Origin: Clostridia bacterium
GTDB lineage: Bacteria > Bacillota > Clostridia > Oscillospirales > Acutalibacteraceae
Assembly: GCA_017416285.1 (NCBI GenBank)
Contig: JAFQCU010000001.1
Coordinates: 26,556 to 90,555 of the forward strand
Length of the DNA: 64,000 nt
Direction: 5' to 3'
In this document: positions 53,619 to 61,660 of the stretch, in pieces
How positions within the stretch are numbered: the stretch's first letter is position 1
Layout of the letters: every line of letters starts with the position of its first letter
The notes under the pieces: model-generated
What the model saw: the letters and a program-made list of their open reading frames with translations, nothing else
Told to the model about the DNA's origin: nothing
Databases searched by the model: none
Made by a program: the position numbers and the translations under genes

Positions 53619-55742
53619 CTAACGATAGAAAATTTCGGTAAATATAGAACCGATGAAATCAAATAACTGCTGGAACAAGATAAACAACATAAATATAATG
53701 AATACAACCAACAACATACCAAGAACAGTCAATATAGTTGTTATAAGGAATTTGAAGAAGTCATATTCATGAATTGCCATAATACCAACACAAAGAACTA
53801 CTGCGGCAAGTATATGACAAACCACTGAAATTACAGTAAGAATTGCTGCTTCTTCAGGAATTAACATATTTGTTAAAGCTAAATTAAGTACTGAATTTAA
53901 AATTTCAGGTATTAAAGCGAAGCAGGTAACAATAAAGATTTCTTTAAGCTTACCCTTACCTTCTGCCAACACGCAAACGCCCCAGTTTACAATTACAAAA
54001 AGAACTGCAACGCCTACGCTACCAAGCAAGGTTTCAAATGAATTATATTCAGCAGGTTCAAATATTTTAAAGGTAAAACCACTGTAAATATCACATAAAA
54101 CCTTAGAAATATAGAACAGTAGAAGTGCACCGATAGCAACAACCACCGAGCCCTCGCCCTTATTCTTTAATCTGTAGAATGTGTCAAACGGATGAATCAC
54201 AGAATTAAGTGCAAATACTACACCATTTGTGCTCAGCTTCTTTTCAGCGTTTTTGCTCTTGATGATGTACCAAACAACACCGCCAATAAGCGCAGCGCCT
54301 AAAATAAGCATCCACCAAATGTTTTTGGAAATAAATTCACCACGTAACTGTTCGAAAGCTATAGCATAATCAGATTGACTAAAGCCAATTTTTGAATATT
54401 CAATAGCAGCTTCATAATCTTCATTAAGAAGTGCAGCTTTTGAAAGACCACGGTAAGCAAGAAGGTTGTTTTTATCTTGCTTTAATACTTCTTCCCAAAG
54501 CGCAACAGAATCGTTATACTTACCATCTAAGGTAAGAATTTGAGCTTGCTTGTAAAGCTTGCCATAATCAGTAAGCTTAAACGAGGTTACACTTGCATCA
54601 AGCGAATCAAGCACATAAAGCATATCGCCGTGTACCGCAACTGATTCAGGTCTTGTAAATGTGCCGTCTTGCATACCTGAACCAAAACCGCCACCGAATA
54701 CTGCAAAAGAATTACACTTATTGTCATAAACAAAAATATGACCGTAGGTTGTATCAACCGCATAAACGAATCCGTCGTCATCTACACAAAGCTTTTTAAA
54801 GTTGGTCATTATGGGGTGACCCATATCGTTACGATAATCAGATTCATCGGCAAAATTCATTGTATCCGAACCATCACCTTCAGAATCTTTCAAAATGTTA
54901 ATACCGGCGGGATTAAGTCGTCTGATTTGACCTGTACCAACATCCCAAATACTGTCAGTTAAACCAGTTAAGGTATAAATAAAACCACTTTTATCTATAT
55001 CCATACTGATAAACTGATAAGGTAATTTTTGCTGACTGTTAGCACGCTTTGCTTCAGTCTGGGTGAGTCTGTCCCAAAGCTTTCCAAAAATGTCCACCAC
55101 AGACGATTTTACGCTGTTTGCACCGTAGAAGCCAAGGAATTCACCCTGATCGGAATAAACAAGCGCACCATAATATGAACCACTGCTGAGTACATATATA
55201 TAATCACGTGAGTCGGTCAACACCTTTATAGGTGCATAGTTAAAGTCATCAGGAATAACTGTAGCATCGGGTAAGCCGATAATACGCTTAAGGCTTCCGT
55301 CGGGGTTTAAAACAATTATCCTTTGACCGTTTGTGTCAGCGATATAAATGGTATTATCTTCTTTAAGATATATACCGCTGGCACCGCTAAAGTTTACTTC
55401 TTCACCATTTTGTACAGGTGAAGATATAACTCTTAATAACTTCATTTGACTGTCAACAACAACTATTCTACTGTTGTCACCATCAAGTATGTAAAGATTT
55501 CCGTCCTTATCACAATCCAAATCTGTCGGCATTGAAAAAGCGTCAATTCCGAGATCATAGCCACTAACCTTGTCTACTACCTCGAAAACCTCACGAATCT
55601 CAACCGCTTCCCTTTTTTCACCCTTTTGCCAATAAGCATAAGTGTTATAAGGAACAGTATTGGCTTCGGCTGCCGAAACGGTAGGCACTACCATAAAAGC
55701 AGCAAGAACAAAAACCATCAAGAGCACTAAATATTTTTTCAC
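53619..55742 (-). CDS. Signal peptide + NHL-type beta-propeller + TPR + TM + Yip1-like polytopic membrane domain fusion protein
   Basis: GTG start with SD AAAGGAG. Repeated DG.LY[IV].D...RI.V blades span aa ~60-390. TPR-like helices span aa ~395-460. TM at aa 475-494. A 5-TM Yip1-like domain spans aa ~510-707. Confidence 0.55.
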   Translation of the reverse strand: MKKYLVLLMVFVLAAFMVVPTVSAAEANTVPYNTYAYWQKGEKREAVEIREVFEVVDKVSGYDLGIDAFSMPTDLDCDKDGNLYILDGDNSRIVVVDSQMKLLRVISSPVQNGEEVNFSGASGIYLKEDNTIYIADTNGQRIIVLNPDGSLKRIIGLPDATVIPDDFNYAPIKVLTDSRDYIYVLSSGSYYGALVYSDQGEFLGFYGANSVKSSVVDIFGKLWDRLTQTEAKRANSQQKLPYQFISMDIDKSGFIYTLTGLTDSIWDVGTGQIRRLNPAGINILKDSEGDGSDTMNFADESDYRNDMGHPIMTNFKKLCVDDDGFVYAVDTTYGHIFVYDNKCNSFAVFGGGFGSGMQDGTFTRPESVAVHGDMLYVLDSLDASVTSFKLTDYGKLYKQAQILTLDGKYNDSVALWEEVLKQDKNNLLAYRGLSKAALLNEDYEAAIEYSKIGFSQSDYAIAFEQLRGEFISKNIWWMLILGAALIGGVVWYIIKSKNAEKKLSTNGVVFALNSVIHPFDTFYRLKNKGEGSVVVAIGALLLFYISKVLCDIYSGFTFKIFEPAEYNSFETLLGSVGVAVLFVIVNWGVCVLAEGKGKLKEIFIVTCFALIPEILNSVLNLALTNMLIPEEAAILTVISVVCHILAAVVLCVGIMAIHEYDFFKFLITTILTVLGMLLVVFIIFMLFILFQQLFDFIGSIFTEIFYR

Positions 55743-55770
55743 ATTTATGTCTCCTTTCAGATGTTTTCCG

Positions 55771-56637
55771 TTATCCCTTAATACCTGCGCTACCCATTGT
55801 CTCCATAACGCTTCCCTGTGAAACCATGTACACTATAATAGGTGGAATAAGAAGAATAACCGTAGCCGCCATTGCGCTGCCCGAACGTGCTATACCACCT
55901 GCAGAAATCGTTGACATTATATTAGGTAACATTTTAAGTTCTTCACTAAAAATTGTTCCGGCAGGCTGCATTGACCAAATATCTCTGAATGCGAACAAGG
56001 CCAATGTGAGCCATGCGGGTTTCATTATAGGAAGTGCAATTTGATAATAAATCCTGAAAATGCCTGCGCCGTCAATTCTTCCGGCTTCCAGCAATGCATC
56101 AGGTATACTACTGTCAATAAACTGCTTAACTAGGAAAACACCCAATGTAGAAGGAAGATATGGCAAAATATAAACCCAATACGTATCAATGATATTTAAC
56201 TTTGAGAAAATAACATATTGAGGAATTGCCAATGTGTATGCATTATACAAGAGTGCAAACTGAATCAACATAAATAAGGTTTGGCTACCTTTAAATTTAA
56301 CCTTTGCAATAACAAACGCAGCCATAGAAGCAATAAAAATATGTAAAACTGTAGTTGAAACACTTACAAATAAGCTGTTAAAAATATATCTTGAAAGCGG
56401 AACACTCAAGTTAGATAAAAGCTTAGGTAATGCTGTGTAATTGTCTATGACAGGTCTTGTTACAAAGAAACGAGGAGGAAATATAAGTATTTCCTCAAGC
56501 GGCTTGAGTGATGTACATACGGTATAAATCATAGGTAAAACCGAAAACAAACCGAAAAGTATTAAAAAGAAGAAATAGAAGAAGTTACCCCAAGATGAAC
56601 GGGTATATCTTCTATATTGAGCTTTTACATTTTTCAT
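55771..56637 (-). CDS. Carbohydrate ABC transporter permease
   Basis: 288 aa, EAA loop PDALLEAGRIDGAGIFRIYYQIALP. SD GGAGGT. Confidence 0.85.
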   Translation of the reverse strand: MKNVKAQYRRYTRSSWGNFFYFFFLILFGLFSVLPMIYTVCTSLKPLEEILIFPPRFFVTRPVIDNYTALPKLLSNLSVPLSRYIFNSLFVSVSTTVLHIFIASMAAFVIAKVKFKGSQTLFMLIQFALLYNAYTLAIPQYVIFSKLNIIDTYWVYILPYLPSTLGVFLVKQFIDSSIPDALLEAGRIDGAGIFRIYYQIALPIMKPAWLTLALFAFRDIWSMQPAGTIFSEELKMLPNIMSTISAGGIARSGSAMAATVILLIPPIIVYMVSQGSVMETMGSAGIKG

Positions 56638-56651
56638 CTTTCTACCTCCGC

Positions 56652-57554
56652 TTATCTGCCAATGGCGTCAACCACTTTGCCAATAATGACACGGCTTACA
56701 GCCATCATAGCAAAGAGGAATACTGAAAGTGCTGCTGCATAGCCCATCTCGTATCGGCTTGTACCAACGTCTTGAATTAAGGTTACAAGTGTATCTACTG
56801 AATAGTTAACACTTGGGAAGCCTGCAAGAGCAGTTACTACCGCACCAATTGAGAACGAGCTTTGAATCTGCATTACAGCGCCAAACAAAAGTATTGGCTT
56901 CATAGAAGGAAGAGTTATGTACCAAAGCTCTGCCCATCTGTTTCTGATACCATCGATACAGCCGGCTTCATACATTTCGGGGTTAACATTTTGAAGACCC
57001 GAAATATTGGAAAGGAATGAAATACCCATACTCATCCAAAGCTGAACAACAACAATGATTACCATTACATAATTGGCATCTTTAAACCATTGAATAGGTT
57101 CAGAAACAACACCCAATGAAAGCAATGCACTATTAATGTAACCATAGCTATCACCGCTAAAGAGCACCTGCCAAATAAAATAAACGTTAGAGGAAAGTGC
57201 CGGAGCGTAGAAAAGGAATGATAAAATTGTACGTGCTGTTCGGTTAAGCTCGTTAATCATCCAAGCGAGAACAAAAGAAAGCATATAACCGATAGGACCC
57301 GTAATTATTGCTAGAACTAAGGTGTTACGAAGCACATTAGGGAACATATCATCGGATGAGAACATTTTAATATAGTTCGAAATTCCGTTGAATTTAGGAG
57401 CCGATATCATATCATAGGTTGTGAAGCTAAGCACAACAGATGATAAAATCGGAAGAACTGTAAAAACAAAGAACAATATTAAGAACGGAGATAGCATAAT
57501 AAGACCGGTACGAACTTCGCTACTTCCTCGTGTTTTTAAAGATTTAACTTTCAC
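56652..57554 (-). CDS. Carbohydrate ABC transporter permease
   Basis: 300 aa, EAA loop PEMYEAGCIDGIRNRWAELWYITLP. Confidence 0.85.
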   Translation of the reverse strand: MKVKSLKTRGSSEVRTGLIMLSPFLILFFVFTVLPILSSVVLSFTTYDMISAPKFNGISNYIKMFSSDDMFPNVLRNTLVLAIITGPIGYMLSFVLAWMINELNRTARTILSFLFYAPALSSNVYFIWQVLFSGDSYGYINSALLSLGVVSEPIQWFKDANYVMVIIVVVQLWMSMGISFLSNISGLQNVNPEMYEAGCIDGIRNRWAELWYITLPSMKPILLFGAVMQIQSSFSIGAVVTALAGFPSVNYSVDTLVTLIQDVGTSRYEMGYAAALSVFLFAMMAVSRVIIGKVVDAIGR

Positions 57555-57575
57555 GTGATTATCTCCCTTCTTTTA

Positions 57576-60425
57576 TTATTCATACTGTGCACGTTTTTCA
57601 GCAATTTCGGTATCCGCAACCTTATCCCACTTGATAAGCTCTTCGTGAATACCCTTACCGCTTACAACGTTCCAGAAAGCCTGGTCAACAACACGGGGAA
57701 TATAATATCCACCGGGAACCTCAGGCATTTCCTGCACCCAACGCCACTGTTCTTCAATGATTTCAAAATCGCCACGATTCCAAGAAAGCTTAGAAAGTGC
57801 TTCAACGTTTGAAGTCATATTTCTACCAGTTGTGCCAAGTATGGATTCAATATTTTGTGAATACTTGAGTTGTGCTTCATAAGATGTCCACCACTTAAGG
57901 AACTTCCAAGCACCCTCTATATTGTCGCTATCTTTCAAAATCGCACAACCACTGCCTGCACCTGCAAGTGAACGGTTTATTTCACCGTTTTCATCCTTAA
58001 AGCCAGGTATTGGAGCAATGCCCCAAAGACCACGAATTTCAGAAGCCGCAGCACTTATGGTGTTGTACTGAGTTACAGATTGAATTGCCAAAGGCATTGT
58101 ACCTGTACGGAAGCGGTTATAGAAGTCATATGTTTTATCGAAACTGTATTTATTATAAAAATCAGTCCACATAGTAAAGGTATTAACCGCATCTTCCGAA
58201 GTTAAGTTAATGCTCTCAAGTTTATCATCATAAAGACTTATTCCCTGCTGCATTAAAAGTGTGGGGAAAATGTTGAGTGCGCCAAGACCTTGGTTAACCA
58301 AATTCATATCGGTAATTTGTGTGTATGGTAAGCCAACACGCATGTTGTTTCGCATAATTATTGCAGACGCTGCAATAAAATCATCCCATGTTTGTGGCAC
58401 CTCAATACCAAGGTCATCAAGAATATCCTTGCGATAATACATTATCGAGAAGGTTTGAGTATCCGGTAAAGCGTAAACCCCACCTTTATATGTATAAGGA
58501 ACGGTGGCACTTGGCATAAAGCGCTTGGTAACCTCTTCAAAATCTTCAAATTGACTAAGGTCATATAAGCCGCCACGCATTGCAAGGTTAACCGGCTCAG
58601 TACGTGACATATGTAAGTAACAGTCAGGTCCATTGCCCGAAAGCATACCTTGAATAATTGTGGCGTTTGTCATTTTAATGTCAACGCCAACGCCGTACTT
58701 TGCAGAAAAATCACTTTGTGCAAGATAGTTAAGAACCTGAACCTGATCACGACCCCAGTTAACCCAAAGTGTGATTTTGTCAGTTCCTACATCACCTGAA
58801 ATATTATTGTAATCCGACATAAACGAAACAAAGAATTTCTTTATTCCGAAAAGCAAACTTTCAAAGAAGCCTGCACCAAGATGCTCTGCCTTCTTTTCGG
58901 GAGCAGTGATATAAATAGCATCGATATCAAGCGGCATACCAATTATTTCGTAAAGCCATGCACTCATGCTGGAATAATTATCGTAATAGTTTGATTTGTA
59001 GATTTGTGCCTGATACTTATACTCAAGCATACGACCAATTACTGCCGACATGTTCTTAAGTGTAGAAGTGTTGGACGAACCGCCCATGTCACTAAGTTCA
59101 TCAGCTTCTTCAACAAGCTCATCAAGCACCTTGCGGCAATCAGTAAGTCTTTGTTCCAAATTTGGTATCTGGGTAAATAATGAATAGTCACGATTAGAGT
59201 CGGGTGTTTCACCGGTTATCATTACTATTTCACGATAAATATTACCTAGTTCATAAATTTGCTTTTTAAGTTCAACAGCAAAGTTAGAAAGCGAACCCAA
59301 ATTAACCTCTAACGAAATTGTGCGTTCACCTTTAGGAAGATAAATGAGGTAAGGCTCGTCATCATCCTTATTAAAGGATTTGCGCTTCCAGCTGTTGCAA
59401 TACGCAAAATCTATCTGCGAAGCTTCTTTAAAAGGAATTTCACCATCTACACGTAATACACGATATGAACTTCCGTTTACGATGTAGCTTTGTTGATAAG
59501 CAAAGGTAATAGCATAAAGTCCGTCCTCAGGAACGTCAACCTTCCATGTAATACGGTCGCCTGCGCCACTCCAGTTGTTACCACCAATATAGTTTACCTT
59601 GCTTTTAGTAGCACTGTAGGGATAAACCTTTGCACTAGTAGAATCTGACTGAGAAATAAGATTGTTAGCAGATTTCAGATATGCCTTCTCGCCCTGAATA
59701 TTAATCTGTGCGCCATTATATTTTTTATAACCGTTTTGCTTATAAATCTTCAAAACTTCTTCATATGATAAGATTTTTTCCTCGGCACAAAGCTTTAATT
59801 CGCTAATAGCAATCGGGTCACTGCAATCATAAATAGTAATCGTATGCTCACCCTTTGTTAAAGCAAAGAGATAAGGCTTTGAATTAAGACCCTCAGAATC
59901 GGAAAAACGATTTGTCTGCCAAGCAAATAATTCTTTCTGTTCGGGAGCAAATTCGTTTCCTATACCGTCCTTTCTAACATCGCCGTCATCGACGAAGATA
60001 CGAGGCAAGGATATATTATTAACGCCATCAAAGGGTTCCTCACCGTCAACCAACATACTGAATTCGATTGCTTCAGTATTAGTTTCAAGAGCGTAATAAT
60101 TAATTGAAACGTTATAAAGGCCGTCTTTCAAAACCTTAAATTTAAAGGTAAGCGACCCTTCTCCATTTCCCCATTTTAAAACATTGGATTCGCCTTCAAA
60201 AGTATCAGCCTTTTCAATGGCAGCCTCACCGCCGATTTTAACATCGGCAATAACAGCAGCTATCTCATCAACGTCCGTGTTCAGATCTTTATGAGCTTTT
60301 AAATACTCACTGTAATCCGAAGTTTCAACGACAGAATCCTCCGTATCAACTTCAGCAGCAAAACAAGTATAACCTGAACCCGCTATAATTATGAAAGCAA
60401 TTAATAATGACAGGATTTTTTTCAA
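57576..60425 (-). CDS. 949-aa extracellular solute-binding protein with two N-terminal CBM6/35-like modules and a helical linker
   Basis: TTG start with SD AAGGGGA. Signal peptide without a lipobox. Two ~135-aa beta-sandwich-like modules lie in aa ~75-375. The C-terminal ~410 aa is SBP family-1-like. First gene of the array. Confidence 0.65.
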   Translation of the reverse strand: MKKILSLLIAFIIIAGSGYTCFAAEVDTEDSVVETSDYSEYLKAHKDLNTDVDEIAAVIADVKIGGEAAIEKADTFEGESNVLKWGNGEGSLTFKFKVLKDGLYNVSINYYALETNTEAIEFSMLVDGEEPFDGVNNISLPRIFVDDGDVRKDGIGNEFAPEQKELFAWQTNRFSDSEGLNSKPYLFALTKGEHTITIYDCSDPIAISELKLCAEEKILSYEEVLKIYKQNGYKKYNGAQINIQGEKAYLKSANNLISQSDSTSAKVYPYSATKSKVNYIGGNNWSGAGDRITWKVDVPEDGLYAITFAYQQSYIVNGSSYRVLRVDGEIPFKEASQIDFAYCNSWKRKSFNKDDDEPYLIYLPKGERTISLEVNLGSLSNFAVELKKQIYELGNIYREIVMITGETPDSNRDYSLFTQIPNLEQRLTDCRKVLDELVEEADELSDMGGSSNTSTLKNMSAVIGRMLEYKYQAQIYKSNYYDNYSSMSAWLYEIIGMPLDIDAIYITAPEKKAEHLGAGFFESLLFGIKKFFVSFMSDYNNISGDVGTDKITLWVNWGRDQVQVLNYLAQSDFSAKYGVGVDIKMTNATIIQGMLSGNGPDCYLHMSRTEPVNLAMRGGLYDLSQFEDFEEVTKRFMPSATVPYTYKGGVYALPDTQTFSIMYYRKDILDDLGIEVPQTWDDFIAASAIIMRNNMRVGLPYTQITDMNLVNQGLGALNIFPTLLMQQGISLYDDKLESINLTSEDAVNTFTMWTDFYNKYSFDKTYDFYNRFRTGTMPLAIQSVTQYNTISAAASEIRGLWGIAPIPGFKDENGEINRSLAGAGSGCAILKDSDNIEGAWKFLKWWTSYEAQLKYSQNIESILGTTGRNMTSNVEALSKLSWNRGDFEIIEEQWRWVQEMPEVPGGYYIPRVVDQAFWNVVSGKGIHEELIKWDKVADTEIAEKRAQYE

Positions 60426-60498
60426 AGTTATTCCCCTTTTCTGAATTTTTTATGATAGCATACGATTTATAAATATAGGTATAAAAAGTCACATTATC

Positions 60499-60527
60499 AT
60501 TATAAATTATTTGTTTTTTTTAGACAA
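60499..60527 (-). promoter_or_regulatory. Putative sigma-A promoter of the 49-kb minus-strand array
   Basis: On the minus strand: TTGTCT (60522-60527), 17-nt spacer, TATAAT (60499-60504). About 70 nt upstream of the TTG start. Confidence 0.45.
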
Positions 60528-60588
60528 TGCACTATCATAACCAAAGGGTGAACTTTTTTGTCTTTTTGAAACTTTGTACAAAATATAG

Positions 60589-60617
60589 TTGCGATTTGGT
60601 AAACTATTTTGTAAAAT
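60589..60617 (+). promoter_or_regulatory. Putative sigma-A promoter for the divergent sugar-phosphate isomerase/epimerase gene
   Basis: TTGCGA (60589-60594), 17-nt spacer, TAAAAT (60612-60617). Confidence 0.35.
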
Positions 60618-60675
60618 TATTACATAAACAGTTACATTTTAACCCAAAATATTGACTTTTACCGAGGTGTTTATT

Positions 60676-61521
60676 ATGAAAATTGGTATTGGGCTTGGAA
60701 GTTATAGCCGATTCGGCGATGATAGGTATAGAAAACTTTCCGAACACGGTTATGAGTGTGTCGATTTCAATATGATGTCCACCGACAACTTCCCCTATTA
60801 CGGTTCTTCAAGCGAAATCGAACAAAAATTAATAGCTGAACGAGACTTGGCTAACACCCACAACATTGAAATTTATCAAGTGCACGGACCGTGGCATTGG
60901 CCACCTGATGACTCAACAAAAGAATTGCGTGACATAAAGCTTGAACATGTTAAGCGCTCGTTGTGGGCAACGGCGGTACTCGGCTGCAAAAATTGGGTTC
61001 TTCATCCGATTATGCCATACGGCATCAGTGAGAAAAACACAGAAGAGCAACCCCTCACATTAGACATAAATTTTGAATTTATGAATAAGGCTTTAAAAAT
61101 CGCAAAAGAATACAACATTACCATTTGTTTGGAAAATATGCCGATGAGAAATTTTTCGCTTGCCACACCGTATGAAATACTCGATTTTGTCAAGCTAATA
61201 AATGACGATAACTTTAAAATCTGTCTTGACACTGGTCACATCGTAACCTTCCCCGAAATATCTGCGGCGCAAGCGGTGCGTGATTTAGGCAATGAAATCC
61301 GTGCATTCCATATTCACGACAGCTTCCCCGATAGGGATTTGCACCTACTTCCCTACTGCGGCACCATTGATTGGCAAGATTTTAAAACCTCACTAAAGGA
61401 TATAAATTACACCGGAGGTTTGTGTCTTGAAACCGCACCTCCACATAAGCTGCCAAACGATATTTATGAGGAATTGTGCATATCTCTCAATAAAATCATG
61501 CGGCTTATAACCGATAAATAG
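60676..61521 (+). CDS. Xylose-isomerase-like TIM-barrel protein (sugar phosphate isomerase/epimerase family)
   Basis: MKIGIGLGSY start (SD GAGGTG 6 nt upstream; the ORF-track TTG at 60652 is rejected). LENMP, DTGH and HIHD metal-ligand motifs. Confidence 0.65.
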   Translation: MKIGIGLGSYSRFGDDRYRKLSEHGYECVDFNMMSTDNFPYYGSSSEIEQKLIAERDLANTHNIEIYQVHGPWHWPPDDSTKELRDIKLEHVKRSLWATAVLGCKNWVLHPIMPYGISEKNTEEQPLTLDINFEFMNKALKIAKEYNITICLENMPMRNFSLATPYEILDFVKLINDDNFKICLDTGHIVTFPEISAAQAVRDLGNEIRAFHIHDSFPDRDLHLLPYCGTIDWQDFKTSLKDINYTGGLCLETAPPHKLPNDIYEELCISLNKIMRLITDK

Positions 61522-61545
61522 TTTTAATGCTATAATACATAAATA

Positions 61546-61588
61546 ATCACCCCACCCGATTTTAATATCAGGTGGGGTGATATTTTTT
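61546..61588 (+). terminator. Rho-independent terminator between convergent genes
   Basis: ATCACCCCACC ... GGTGGGGTGAT (11 bp) followed by ATTTTTT. Confidence 0.75.
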
Positions 61589-61660
61589 AATTAATTTGCA
61601 CCTTCAGGCAATCCTTAACAAGGCAATTATTTATCAAGCTTTATCTACATAAAGCACTTC

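Noticed and set aside
60574-60581. TTGTACAA palindrome and a similar TTTTGTAAAA string in the divergent control region as operator sites
   Set aside because: They are short, AT-rich and only loosely similar in an AT-rich spacer. That is too weak to call without comparative or binding data.
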